A stretch of 64,000 bases of DNA from Candidatus Adlerbacteria bacterium (GCA_903851045.1 CAINNF010000015.1:96644-160643); one strand, 5' to 3'; shown: positions 34,503-44,682, counted from the first letter of the stretch. Numbers and translations: made by a program. The notes: generated by a model from the letters alone, not told the origin.

Positions 34503-36848
34503 ATGTCGCACGAAAAAGTAACGTTCTGGGCGTTCCTTGCGCTTGCGACACAAGCGCTCGGAATTGTCTTCGGCGATATTGGCACCTCGCCGCTGTATGT
34601 ACTCAACGCCATGGTCGGCACTGACCCCACCTTCTACACCCACGCGCACATCATCGGTGCAGTCGGACTGATCGAGTGGGTGCTGATCATCGTCGTCACG
34701 GTGTTCTACTGTGGCTTCGTACTGCCAATCAACCTGGACGGCAACGGAGGCATCACCGTCCTCTACAGCAAAGCGAAGCGTCCCATCGACCAATGGTGGG
34801 GACGCGTCGGTATCGCTGGTGTTATCGCAGACGGCCAGATCACTCCGGCCATCTCCACACTTTCAGCGTGGTGGGGTCTGCTCACGGTGCCGTCATTCAT
34901 TGCCTTCGCTTCGCTCGTACAGAGTCGTGCGGTAAGCGACGGTTGGCTGCCAGCCGCGACCACACCAGACCTCGTCAACGCACAACTTGTCGAGGTTGGG
35001 AAATGGATCGCAATCGCACTGACGCTTGTCTCACTGATCGTCTTGGCGAGAATGCAGAAGAAGGGTAGCAGCAAGATCGGGATGATATTCGGCCCGATCA
35101 TGCTGGTATGGTTCGCGATGCTCACCTGGGGCGGCATGCCACAGATCGTGTCGCATCCCGACATTCTACTGGCACCGCTACGCTTCGACTATATTTGGAG
35201 CCTGCTGTCGCACGACCTTCCCTGGTGGAGATCGTCCGCACTCTTCGGAGCGACCGTACTCGCGTCACTCGCCGCGTTCGGTACGGGTCTGCTCGCTGCC
35301 ACTGGCGGCGAAGCGTTGTACGCTGACATGGGGCACTTCGGGCGCAAACCAGTGATCATCGCATGGACGCTCGTCATGGTCGGTCTGTTCGTCAACTACA
35401 TGGGACAAGGAGCTCTCCTGGCCTATGGCGGGTACAACGACGCACCGTTCTTCGCGCTGTACGAGCACGACCCGTACATCCTCACCTTTATGGTAGGACT
35501 CGCGGTCGCTGCAGCGTTCATCGCGTCGCAAGCGCTCTTTACCGGGTGCTTTAGTCTGGTGGCACAAGCGGTGCGACTCAATCTCGCTCCGCGCATGCAG
35601 ATTGTCTACACATCGGACGATCATGCTTCGCACGTATATGTGCCTACGGTCAACCTGTTCCTGCTATTCGGTGCTATCAGCTTCGTGCTGATATTCCGAG
35701 ATCCGGACCGGATGACCTTCGCCTATGGTATGGCGGTCGGCACGACGATGAGCATCACCTACATGCTCATCCAAAGTATCTACCGCGAAGTCGGAAGCAA
35801 GTGGGTGTGGCTCATCCACATCTGCGGCGCGCTAATTATCGCTTTGACGATCGGCGCTTACTCCAAGCTCTTGGAGAGTCCGCTCGGCCTTATACCGCTT
35901 GGCAGCATGGTGATCTTTACGACCGCTATGTCCATCTGGGCGAAGGGTCAGCGGATCATCCTCGACGCCGAGAATCGAGACGACATGCCACTGCTCGCGC
36001 GCCTGACCGATCGTGTCAACGTATCGACGGTCGTGGCACCGGTCACGCGGGTGTTCCTCTGCCCGTCAGCGATAAAGGTGCCGCTCGCCTTCCTGCACTA
36101 TGTGGGCAGCGAGGTCAAGACGTGGCCCTTCGTGTCCATATTCGTGAACGTCACGACGATCAACGAACCACACGTGTCAGCTGAAGGTAACGTGGCACGG
36201 GTGGAGGTGCACGAGATCGGAGGGGATCATCTGTCCTTCGATGTCGCACTGCATGATCTACCCCCTGCGACGACACCGATACGGATACTGAAAAGGTGGA
36301 TTGAGCGTTCCTTGTCAATCGCACCACGACGGATCCGAGAGACAACGTCAGTGGAACAAATGTTCGCCTTGTTCAACCATGAACACGACGAGCACCCAGA
36401 CCACCGCATCACGTTCGGCGAAAAACCGAAAGTGGTTATCGTGACGATCTACCGGGGGTGGAATGATCCTTCGTTCTTCGTCCGAGTGTTGCGTCACCTC
36501 GGGGTCGTGCTGTTCAACGCCACAGAGGAGCCGAAGGCTGGCGAACTCGTCGGCAAGGTGGTCGCCCATCGTCCGCTCATTCTCGTCGATGAAGAGACGG
36601 TGTGGTACACGCGGTGGCTGATCCGGACCTACCTTTGGATCCGCACACGCGTGCAGACACTACCAGAGCATCTTGGCGTCCCCGTTCCGGCGACCATGTT
36701 CGTCACCCTGCGGATCGACCTGCAGGGTGCGAAGGGTGGCGAGCCGGTCAGCACACTGCTCGCTCGCTACGTGCGCAATACGACACTTCGATGGTTCGTA
36801 CTCCTGCCGAAAGGCTGGAAGCAACGCACCACGAAAGCCGCCGACTAA
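34503..36848 (+). CDS. kup: KUP/HAK/KT potassium transporter with C-terminal extension
   Basis: GDIGTSPLY signature. 12 TM helices. A 36867-36905 terminator follows. Confidence 0.9.
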   Translation: MSHEKVTFWAFLALATQALGIVFGDIGTSPLYVLNAMVGTDPTFYTHAHIIGAVGLIEWVLIIVVTVFYCGFVLPINLDGNGGITVLYSKAKRPIDQWWGRVGIAGVIADGQITPAISTLSAWWGLLTVPSFIAFASLVQSRAVSDGWLPAATTPDLVNAQLVEVGKWIAIALTLVSLIVLARMQKKGSSKIGMIFGPIMLVWFAMLTWGGMPQIVSHPDILLAPLRFDYIWSLLSHDLPWWRSSALFGATVLASLAAFGTGLLAATGGEALYADMGHFGRKPVIIAWTLVMVGLFVNYMGQGALLAYGGYNDAPFFALYEHDPYILTFMVGLAVAAAFIASQALFTGCFSLVAQAVRLNLAPRMQIVYTSDDHASHVYVPTVNLFLLFGAISFVLIFRDPDRMTFAYGMAVGTTMSITYMLIQSIYREVGSKWVWLIHICGALIIALTIGAYSKLLESPLGLIPLGSMVIFTTAMSIWAKGQRIILDAENRDDMPLLARLTDRVNVSTVVAPVTRVFLCPSAIKVPLAFLHYVGSEVKTWPFVSIFVNVTTINEPHVSAEGNVARVEVHEIGGDHLSFDVALHDLPPATTPIRILKRWIERSLSIAPRRIRETTSVEQMFALFNHEHDEHPDHRITFGEKPKVVIVTIYRGWNDPSFFVRVLRHLGVVLFNATEEPKAGELVGKVVAHRPLILVDEETVWYTRWLIRTYLWIRTRVQTLPEHLGVPVPATMFVTLRIDLQGAKGGEPVSTLLARYVRNTTLRWFVLLPKGWKQRTTKAAD

Positions 36849-36978
36849 CAAACTTCACACGCAACACCGCTCCAGTAATGGAGCGGTGCTTTCTTTTTTT
36901 CGACCGCCGTATTTCTAAGCACACAAAGATGCGTGTGGGTACATACACCTCCGCAGCGAATCGTCGTATAATCCATAC

Positions 36979-37257
36979 ATGAAAGACATTCTCGTCGCCG
37001 CGGTCGCATGCGTGGTCGGGCTTGGCACGTTCGTCGGGCTGATGTGGCTCTCGATCTTCGCGACGGACTACGAGGAGGGGGTCACCGACCCGGTTGCGCG
37101 CATCCTTATCCACCTGCTCCTGTGGTCGTTCGAGGCGATCATGTTCGGGATCGTCGCGTACATCATCTATCTGGTCTATCGACAATACACCGACCCCGAC
37201 GTCCCCACTTCGGCACTCCGCAAACGCAAAGAACTCCACAACCCCGAGTTCGAATGA
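36979..37257 (+). CDS. small membrane protein
   Basis: Two predicted TM helices. 92 aa. Confidence 0.4.
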   Translation: MKDILVAAVACVVGLGTFVGLMWLSIFATDYEEGVTDPVARILIHLLLWSFEAIMFGIVAYIIYLVYRQYTDPDVPTSALRKRKELHNPEFE

Positions 37258-37362
37258 AAAGGGGTACAAACACTTGACATAGTATGGTTAGTCTGTAAAG
37301 TGTTTATAGTACGTTCATCCATATCGGCACCTTTGCCGCCTGTGTCGCTTGGGTAAAGTGAC

Positions 37363-37677
37363 TTGGAGTACCGCATAATGGAATACGTTGGTCATGCCGT
37401 GATTATGGCTGCAATTGGCGCAAGTCTCGGGTATCTTTATGTCAGGTTTGTAGAATATACATGCGAAAGATTCTCGCCTTCGCTCTTCCTTCTTGCGCTG
37501 CAAGTCCTGGTTGGGTTGGAAGTTTTCTTGAAAGTTCTAGACTTTTTCGATATATATCTACCCTACCGGCCACCACCGTCGAGTCTATTGAGCGTTACTG
37601 GTAACATCGCGTGGGCAGTGACCATTATATTCCTGTGCCTTGATGACGACAGTACGTGGCGCAAGCGCTTGAAGTAA
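37363..37677 (+). CDS. small membrane protein
   Basis: TM helices. A terminator lies at 37806-37840. GC is lower than neighbours. Confidence 0.4.
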   Translation: MEYRIMEYVGHAVIMAAIGASLGYLYVRFVEYTCERFSPSLFLLALQVLVGLEVFLKVLDFFDIYLPYRPPPSSLLSVTGNIAWAVTIIFLCLDDDSTWRKRLK

Positions 37678-37906
37678 AAGACCTCGGCGGCGAAGGAGCG
37701 ACTCCTGGCACGAGTCCGGGAGTTGGCACCAACACCACTACCCGCTCCAGCATATGTACCGGTACGTGGGCGCTGAACCTGCGTCTACCGCTCACCACCT
37801 ATCACTGGCACGCCACTCCCCGAGTGTGCGTGCCTTTTTGATGGACGACATCACCCACACAAAAAACCAGCGCTCGTAGGAGCGCTGGTCGACCGGTGGA
37901 CAGCAT

Positions 37907-38404
37907 TTAGAACGTGGGTGTACCGAGCGGGTGGGCGTTGATGATCGTCCGAGTGCCGTTCGTGTCTTTTTTTATGAGCAGCAACTGTGTGGGAACATGC
38001 CGCATACCAGGAAGGAATGCGCGACCATCGTGCGTGGTCACGTGCGGACGGTACCCAGCCCCCACCCACCTGAGTCGCATGAGCGAGCTACCGGTCTGCA
38101 AGAGGTAGACGAGGAGCGTCGTGTGTAGATAGTTCAGCTCATCACATCGCCTGAGCGTATGCACCGGTATATCCATCGTAGCGCCGAACAGATCGGGCGC
38201 CTCCGACACGAGCTCGATACCTTTGGCCAGGGACGCCAACATACTCAACTCGTTATTGAGCCGACCGACCGAGTCGGCCCGGGTCGCATTCACACGAAAC
38301 CACTGCATGACCGTACAGTGGAGTGGCCAATGCTCGGTCCGTTTGATGACCGAACCGCAGGACATCTCCTCGACCGGCAACGCAACGAGATATTCGGTAT
38401 CCAT
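37907..38404 (-). CDS. 2H-phosphoesterase superfamily (LigT / 2'-5' RNA ligase-like) protein
   Basis: Two H-x-T/S motifs (HCTV and HVTT). A minus-strand terminator lies at 37866-37892. Confidence 0.65.
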   Translation of the reverse strand: MDTEYLVALPVEEMSCGSVIKRTEHWPLHCTVMQWFRVNATRADSVGRLNNELSMLASLAKGIELVSEAPDLFGATMDIPVHTLRRCDELNYLHTTLLVYLLQTGSSLMRLRWVGAGYRPHVTTHDGRAFLPGMRHVPTQLLLIKKDTNGTRTIINAHPLGTPTF

Positions 38405-38526
38405 GAACGCCTCTCATCACATGATTCGAATCTGTTGGTAGCGTACAGAATCATACGCCTCCTGTCTATCCGTCCTGATTTCGGTAGTATATGGGCAGAC
38501 GAGAACATTCTTCAGGGAGGTACGGC

Positions 38527-39165
38527 ATGGACATGTTACGGTCACCCAGCGTTCGTCGAGTGCTGTTCGACTTCGACGGGACGCTGTTCGATACACAAAC
38601 GCTCCACGCGCAGGTCGAAGCCGAGCTGTGCAAACAACACGGCGTCATCGTGTCGCCCGACGAGATCACCGAACGCTTCGCTGGCACTTCGACAAAAACG
38701 ACCTTCGAGACGCTGCTTGGCTGTGACCCCGCTACAGCGGCAGCACTCGCACGTACGAAATGGGACATTATGTTCCCCCGCATGTGCGAAGCTCGGCCTC
38801 TTGCCGACCTTCGTCGCCTCTTCGTGATACTGCAAGCGCTCGACGTCAGTATCGCTATCGGTACCGCTTCTCCACAGAAGTGGGCGCGGGGCATCCTGGA
38901 ACGAAACGATCTTCTGTCTTTCTTCGAACAAGACAGCGTCGTCGGTGGCGACATGGTAGCGCAAGGCAAGCCTGCCCCTGACATATGGCTGCTCGCAGCC
39001 ACGCATGTCGACCCGAGCGCCTGTCTCGTGGTCGAAGATGGTGTGGCAGGTGTCGAAGCGGCACGGGCGGCGGGCATGCGTGCTTGTCTCCTGACGCCTC
39101 GAACGCACGGCTACGCGAGCTCCATATCGGAGCTCGCTGATATCTTGAGGATCATCTTTGGTTAA
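38527..39165 (+). CDS. HAD-superfamily hydrolase (beta-phosphoglucomutase-like subfamily IA)
   Basis: AGGGAGG SD. Has the FDFDGTL motif I and C-terminal VVEDGVAGVEAARAAGM. Confidence 0.8.
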   Translation: MDMLRSPSVRRVLFDFDGTLFDTQTLHAQVEAELCKQHGVIVSPDEITERFAGTSTKTTFETLLGCDPATAAALARTKWDIMFPRMCEARPLADLRRLFVILQALDVSIAIGTASPQKWARGILERNDLLSFFEQDSVVGGDMVAQGKPAPDIWLLAATHVDPSACLVVEDGVAGVEAARAAGMRACLLTPRTHGYASSISELADILRIIFG

Positions 39166-39378
39166 ACGTTCTTGCGATACACGATCGATCACTACACCCC
39201 CGGCACGATCACGTCGGGGGTGCTTTTCATCTGCATAGTACAAGTAAACGACCACTGGCCCTTGGGCCGGTAATCGTTTACTGCACAGTTCTCGTCGGTC
39301 GCCACCACATGACCACGAAAAAGGGCGGCCACTCTGTGTGACCGCCCAAGTAACACTAGATGGGTACCCCAACCCTCT

Positions 39379-39699
39379 TCAACATGTCTTTGAGCTTTCG
39401 TTCACCTTGAGCGATCCGTCGCAGCTCAGCTTCGACCCTGTCTTTGTGGTCGGACATGAGCGACCGGAATCTCCATAGTACGCGAGTGCCCATAAGGTAC
39501 TGTGCCGCCCAAGGATCTGTCGCAGCGAGCACATCTGCTCGGTCAACTGCTCCAGCGGCAACAACTTCAACCCAGCGAACAATATCGAGGCCCAGAGTTC
39601 GGGCTGGATACAGGCGGGATCTATCGTCGCCCGACCGGTGATGAACGCAAGCTGCTCAGCCGCCGAAGCCTCAGTGATACAAGCCATGGTCGCAACCAT
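39379..39699 (-). CDS. hypothetical protein (106 aa)
   Basis: AGGAGG sits 5 nt upstream of the ATG at 39697-39699. A minus-oriented terminator lies at 39325-39355. Confidence 0.5.
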   Translation of the reverse strand: MVATMACITEASAAEQLAFITGRATIDPACIQPELWASILFAGLKLLPLEQLTEQMCSLRQILGRHSTLWALAYYGDSGRSCPTTKTGSKLSCDGSLKVNESSKTC

Positions 39700-39835
39700 G
39701 CTGTCCTCCTACAGAGATGTTGTTGGTCTGGAACCTCGGTTCCGAAAACAAAATAGCATATGTATCTAAAAAGTCTAGTAACCCGGGTCCCGACGAAAAA
39801 GACCGCAGCGGTGACTGCGGTCTAGTGAAGCATCC

Positions 39836-40612
39836 TTATCGTCTCGGTACCCACACGATGAGCGATGCGTTGTCCTCGAGTCCTTGTTCTTCTCTCCATC
39901 GAAGGACATCTTCGGCGTCACAACCAGCTGCCGCTCTCGCGAGGAGACCGGTGAACGTGCGCGAGTCGATACTTGAGCGACCCGAATCGAACACACCATC
40001 CGACGCGACCATCACCACGCTACGCACACCGAGACGGTAGTGAGACAAGGTCGGCGTTCGACTAAGTATCCGCCGCAGCGTTCGGTTACCCAACGCACGA
40101 CTCAACTGCAACCCTGCACCAGAGGGCACACCGTCTTCGGATACATCATAGATATACCCACCTTCGTACACGGCTCCCCGACCGATCGCCGCCTGTCGCT
40201 CGACTTCGTTCGTGCGAACGTTGTGTTCAACACTGACACGGACCTGGCTGTTTCGATCGACGATGATGACGGGTGAGTCTCCCACTACGACCGCGGTAAC
40301 GATGCGTTTCGATTCGTTCACGCACGCGAGCGAAAGCGTCGTGCCAGCGTCATCAAGCGACGTACGAGCATCCAGCTGCGCAACGATCTTGGCGAGCTCG
40401 TACCCTATGTCTGGCGCTTCAGGGTCGAATAAACGCGGCACGACCTTCGAGCAGTATCTCGCCACCTCCCCACCGCCGTGACCGTCCAAGACACCAAGCA
40501 GATGACCTTTTCCGTTGCGTGCACTCGCGAACGGCACATGCACCAGATGGTCCTCCTGATAGTCACGCGGACCCTGCACTTGAGCAGCACTCACGACCCC
40601 TCGCAAGAACAT
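39836..40612 (-). CDS. PP2C-family Ser/Thr protein phosphatase
   Basis: Contains DYQEDHL, LGVLDGHGG and VASDGVFD, all PP2C motifs. A terminator lies at 39787-39815. Confidence 0.85.
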   Translation of the reverse strand: MFLRGVVSAAQVQGPRDYQEDHLVHVPFASARNGKGHLLGVLDGHGGGEVARYCSKVVPRLFDPEAPDIGYELAKIVAQLDARTSLDDAGTTLSLACVNESKRIVTAVVVGDSPVIIVDRNSQVRVSVEHNVRTNEVERQAAIGRGAVYEGGYIYDVSEDGVPSGAGLQLSRALGNRTLRRILSRTPTLSHYRLGVRSVVMVASDGVFDSGRSSIDSRTFTGLLARAAAGCDAEDVLRWREEQGLEDNASLIVWVPRR

Positions 40613-40680
40613 GACCGTTTCCTCTGTTCGACCTACATTTTATACAACACCGTATTTAACAGCGCGTCAACTCATAGTGT

Positions 40681-40709
40681 TTGACATACAATTTCATCAC
40701 TTGTACTAT
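40681..40709 (+). promoter_or_regulatory. sigma70-like promoter TTGACA-17nt-TACTAT for kinase operon
   Basis: Near-consensus -35 and -10 elements about 45 nt upstream of the kinase ATG. Confidence 0.6.
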
Positions 40710-40752
40710 CGGCATAGAGACACCTGAGTCCTTTCACAGCAAGAGGGCAGCC

Positions 40753-41775
40753 ATGGCCGCAGGATCACATCCGACCGCTTTCGAGAGCGACCTCTACCGC
40801 AGACTTGGAGTACGCTTTGACGCGCCCGTCGAGGTCATCAATGCCGCATACACGGCCTTGATGAAGCTCCACGGCCCACGCGCTATGAACGACGGCGACA
40901 TAACCGCAAAAGAACTCGGAGAAGCAAAAGCTATCCTCTCTGGCCGCGACCGATCGGCGTACGACGCCTACCGAAAGAGTTCCGTACGCGGAACGATCGG
41001 ACCATACCGACTTCTGCATCGGGTTGCGGAAGGAGGGTTCGGCACCACCTACAAGGCCGAGCATGTGCTCGTGGGAGAACCATCATGCATCAAGCACTGC
41101 TCTGAGATCTCACCGACCGCAGAGATGATCCTGAAGCAAGAGACCAAGGCTATCTGGAATCTTCGACACTACGGGATCCCGGTCATGCGGGACCTGTTGA
41201 AGCTCGATGATGGCAGCTACGCGCTCGCGATGAGCTGGGTCGATGGACTCACGCTTCAGCAAGTGGTCGAGCAGCACGGCAGACTCGATCCCGAGCATGT
41301 CGCATGGATCACTGAGCGCATTCTGAACACGCTCACGTACTTGCACCACCACGGTGTCGTTCACGGCGACATCAAGCCGCAGAACATCATCGTGCAAGAC
41401 ACGACGCATATCGTCGTGTTGGTCGACTTCGGACTCTCGGTGATCAAACCTTCGGCTACGTCCAACAGCAAGGGATACACCGACCTGTTCTCGCCGCCGG
41501 AACAAGTCGCGGGTACGACACTCATCCCAGGGTCCGACTTCTACAGCCTGGGCATGACGATGCTATACGCACTCGGCGGAGGATACTCGGCGGTCGAACG
41601 CAAGGATGTCCCAGCGAGTCTACCGGACCCGATGTGTGATTTCATCAAGTCGCTCATCGTCCGTGGCGTGCTCGAGCGCCCAAGGTACGCCGAGAAAGTC
41701 TTCGAAGACCTCAAGCGTGTCCGCATGCGAAGCTTCGGCAGAGAACATTCGGACATGAGACTGTTCACCCACTGA
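40753..41775 (+). CDS. Hanks-type Ser/Thr protein kinase with N-terminal J-domain-like segment
   Basis: AAGAGGG SD. Kinase motifs HGDIKPQNIIV, DFGLS and SPPE. The N-terminal ~70 aa (DLYRRLGVRFDAPVEVINAAYTALMKLHGPR) have a J-domain-like pattern without HPD. Confidence 0.8.
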   Translation: MAAGSHPTAFESDLYRRLGVRFDAPVEVINAAYTALMKLHGPRAMNDGDITAKELGEAKAILSGRDRSAYDAYRKSSVRGTIGPYRLLHRVAEGGFGTTYKAEHVLVGEPSCIKHCSEISPTAEMILKQETKAIWNLRHYGIPVMRDLLKLDDGSYALAMSWVDGLTLQQVVEQHGRLDPEHVAWITERILNTLTYLHHHGVVHGDIKPQNIIVQDTTHIVVLVDFGLSVIKPSATSNSKGYTDLFSPPEQVAGTTLIPGSDFYSLGMTMLYALGGGYSAVERKDVPASLPDPMCDFIKSLIVRGVLERPRYAEKVFEDLKRVRMRSFGREHSDMRLFTH

Positions 41776-41790
41776 CCACAGGAGAGGCGT

Positions 41791-42795
41791 ATGTCAGAAG
41801 ATGGCAACTTCACCCCAGCTCATTGGGGTGGCGGAGGTCATGATTTCAAAGACGCTTACAGCGCGTACGACCAGTACGCTGGTCGCAGCTACGAGACCGC
41901 GAAACTGAAGCAGAAGGACCGCAAAGATCTTCTTCCTGCGGAGCTCACCACTAACTCCAGCGCGCCGCTCGTGATCGTCACCGACCAGACCGGCTCGATG
42001 GACGAGTGGCCGAAGATCATGTTCTCGAAACTCCCATACCTTGAACTCGAAGCATGCGAGTACCTCGGCAGGGATATGGAGATCAGTTGGTGCGCCGTCG
42101 GCGATGCTCAAAAGGGCGAGGACTATCCGGTCCAGGGGCGCCCCTTCACCCACGGCACTGACCTCAAGACGAAACTTATGGAAATCGTGCTGGAGGGTAA
42201 GGGCGGCGGTGGCGGCAATGAGACGTATGAGCTCATGGCGCTCTATCTCGCCCGTAACGTGCGGATGCCTCGGGCAATCAGGAGGCCGATCTGTATCCTC
42301 ATCGGGGACGAGATCCCGTACGACATGATCTCGCCGGAGTTGGCAGCAACCTACGCTCGTGTCAAACTCTCGCAGCCTATCTCGACACACGAGGTGTTCG
42401 AGGAGCTTCGAAGAAAGTTCTCGACGTACATCATCAGGAAGCCATACTACACATCCAATGGTGACTCGATGAGCAGCTTCGACAAGAAAGCGATCGACTT
42501 GTGGGCACAGCTTCTGGGCGGCGCCGACCACGTCGCGTTCCTGCCACAACCGGAACGCGTGGTGGACGTCATCTTCGGTATCCTTGCCAAGGAGACAGGT
42601 CGCGTCGGGTACTTCCGTGAAGAGCTCGAACAGCGCCAGCTCCCCGACGCGGGCGGTGATGCGAAGGTCAAGACGGTGTACAAATCGTTGAAGACGGTCC
42701 ATGCACTGCCGCCACCCAAGGCTGGGGGGTCCGCGAACCTGTCGAAAACGCATGGGCTCGGGGGTGGAACACCCACGAAGCCCTTGATGGAGTGA
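41791..42795 (+). CDS. von Willebrand factor A (vWA) domain protein with MIDAS motif (TerY-like)
   Basis: AGGAGAGG SD. LVIVTDQTGSMDEW (DxTGS MIDAS), a downstream Thr (NETYELM) and Asp (ILIGDEIPYD). Confidence 0.7.
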   Translation: MSEDGNFTPAHWGGGGHDFKDAYSAYDQYAGRSYETAKLKQKDRKDLLPAELTTNSSAPLVIVTDQTGSMDEWPKIMFSKLPYLELEACEYLGRDMEISWCAVGDAQKGEDYPVQGRPFTHGTDLKTKLMEIVLEGKGGGGGNETYELMALYLARNVRMPRAIRRPICILIGDEIPYDMISPELAATYARVKLSQPISTHEVFEELRRKFSTYIIRKPYYTSNGDSMSSFDKKAIDLWAQLLGGADHVAFLPQPERVVDVIFGILAKETGRVGYFREELEQRQLPDAGGDAKVKTVYKSLKTVHALPPPKAGGSANLSKTHGLGGGTPTKPLME

Positions 42796-42848
42796 CACGG
42801 TGGGGAGAGTGAAAACTCTCCCCTTTTCTTTCTCACAGGAGTACGGCG

Positions 42849-43904
42849 ATGGTTTTGAACATCCACGCACTGCCCGTGCCGGCACCAGTCGAGCTCATGG
42901 TGACCTTGCTGCCAAGCCTCCCCCACTTCGCGACATTCGCAAGCGACTCGCGACTGGGAGGTATCCGCCTCAACAGTGCGATGCTTACCGCGTTCGACCT
43001 CGACCACGAACTCGCGCTCATTCCTACGGACACGGCGCTACCGCTCTACTTCGACATCAAGGGACGCCAACTGCGCGTCACCAAGGTGCATCCGAACCAA
43101 GAGTTCTTGGATTTCGAACTCAATCACCCGATCTGCGTCGACCTGCCCACACCAATCTTGTTCAAGGGCGGTGAGGACAGGGCGCTCTTAACACGCACGC
43201 ACGACGGTGAGCAGTGGCGCGACACCACCACGCCAGGTCGCTGGTACCAGAGGTTCGTGACACGAGGTGGACCAGAGTATATGGTCCGTCCTGGTGAGTC
43301 GGTCCATATTCGTGACAAGAGTCTGCGCGTTGGAGGCACCCAGTTCGTCGCGGCAGAGCTCGACAAGATCGAGCGGGTCAAGGCGTTCGGGATCACGCGG
43401 TGGTTCCTGTCATACGTACAGAGTCAACATGACGTGGACGAGTTTCTGGAACTCGTCGGCCCCGACGCCGAAGTAATCCTCAAGATCGAAAGCAAGCAGG
43501 GTCTCGAGTATGTCGCACGGGAGTTCAAAAAACGCGACAATCTGCGACTATGTGCGGCCAAAGGTGACCTCTACGTCGAACTGGACCGACCACACGACAT
43601 CCTGCAGGCACAAAGACTGATCATCGGGAAAGACCCACGGGCGTGTGCAGGCTCGCGCATGATGCTGTCGGTGATCAAAAAAGTGCCACACCTCCACCAC
43701 AATGAAGAGTCGAAAGAAAACACCATCAGGTGGTCGATCGAACCGAACCCCGTTCCTTCCGATGCCGACTTCGAACAGATCGCCTGGCTCTATGAGATCG
43801 GCTTTCGCTCCTTCATGCTTTGCGACGAGTTGTGTCTGCGAAACGACCTACTCTCTGTTGCCACCAACGCTCTGCATGAATTCATCTGTTCCTACCAGCA
43901 CTAA
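42849..43904 (+). CDS. pyruvate-kinase-barrel / CitE-HpcH-like TIM-barrel protein (divergent)
   Basis: VILKIESKQGLEYV, LCAAKGDLYVELD and ACAGSRMMLSV align to the PK active-site strands (KIENxEG, ARGDLGxE, ICATQMLESM). Confidence 0.55.
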   Translation: MVLNIHALPVPAPVELMVTLLPSLPHFATFASDSRLGGIRLNSAMLTAFDLDHELALIPTDTALPLYFDIKGRQLRVTKVHPNQEFLDFELNHPICVDLPTPILFKGGEDRALLTRTHDGEQWRDTTTPGRWYQRFVTRGGPEYMVRPGESVHIRDKSLRVGGTQFVAAELDKIERVKAFGITRWFLSYVQSQHDVDEFLELVGPDAEVILKIESKQGLEYVAREFKKRDNLRLCAAKGDLYVELDRPHDILQAQRLIIGKDPRACAGSRMMLSVIKKVPHLHHNEESKENTIRWSIEPNPVPSDADFEQIAWLYEIGFRSFMLCDELCLRNDLLSVATNALHEFICSYQH

Positions 43905-43910
43905 GTACGA

Positions 43911-43938
43911 AGCGAGTCCTCCGGGACTCGCTTTTTTG
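43911..43938 (+). terminator. rho-independent terminator (AGCGAGTCC-tccg-GGACTCGCT + TTTTTT)
   Basis: Ends the kinase-vWA-TIM barrel operon. Confidence 0.75.
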
Positions 43939-44000
43939 TGTACCAAGAAAGTCTTGTATATAGCCGATACCCATAGTACCTCTTGTGGCGTTATAGAGCG

Positions 44001-44019
44001 TTTAGAGTGAGAATTCACC
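44001..44019. repeat. 19-nt motif TTTAGAGTGAGAATTCACC (copy 2)
   Basis: Identical to 19648-19666. Located 3' of a terminator. Confidence 0.5.
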
Positions 44020-44028
44020 TACAAACAC

Positions 44029-44057
44029 TTGACATACAAAGATTAAAAATGTAGTAT
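44029..44057 (+). promoter_or_regulatory. sigma70-like promoter TTGACA-17nt-TAGTAT
   Basis: Upstream of the 44140 gene. Shares the 'cttgacatacaa' context with the kinase promoter. Confidence 0.55.
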
Positions 44058-44139
44058 ATTTTCGTAAGGACGATCGTTCTTACAGGGTATCCGTGCCCTA
44101 CACGGACCTGGACCAGGTACCGCTGGCAGGAGACACCGC

Positions 44140-44682
44140 ATGTACATGCGTAACAAGTTGAAGTGTGGGGTTCCACTCACGGTTATCGTCCGTCAGAACA
44201 CCACGAAGCGTCTGTGGACGAGGTGCTTCCGCGGGACCTCAATCGCACGAGCGGGAAACTTCTCGCAGTGGGGCACAGCCGAAGACCTCTTTGCGGACGG
44301 ACTCGTGTGGGAAGCGCTCCTGGCCGAATGCGATGATTTGTGGCAAAAGATGGATTTCGGGACGCACAGTCTGAACATTACTCATGTGCAACTCATCGGC
44401 TGGGAAAGCACCGCACCTCTTGCGAACTACTCATCCGATGCGTTGGAACCCTTCGACCTGAACCGCAGGAGCCATGGCCTTCGGGTGAAGCAGAGTCGCA
44501 CCGATCTGCTCGCCCCTCGGACCCGGGAACTCACGATCGTCTTCGAGTTCAAGCAGGAGCGCAGTCGTCCTGTGGTTGTCGTGCACTCAATCTACCCCGG
44601 CTTCGACATCGGCGAACTGGTCGACGATGTGACCGAGCGCGAGGGTCGTATTTTCTTTGATTGGAGCCACCCGGGCGAGTAA
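44140..44682 (+). CDS. hypothetical protein (180 aa)
   Basis: AGGAGA sits 8 nt upstream. A long hairpin terminator lies at 44690-44750. Confidence 0.5.
   Translation: MYMRNKLKCGVPLTVIVRQNTTKRLWTRCFRGTSIARAGNFSQWGTAEDLFADGLVWEALLAECDDLWQKMDFGTHSLNITHVQLIGWESTAPLANYSSDALEPFDLNRRSHGLRVKQSRTDLLAPRTRELTIVFEFKQERSRPVVVVHSIYPGFDIGELVDDVTEREGRIFFDWSHPGE

Noticed and set aside
38542-39372. 276-aa minus-strand ORF
   Set aside because: Antisense to the HAD hydrolase gene, whose motifs (FDFDGTL etc.) are unambiguous. It also spans two terminator hairpins.
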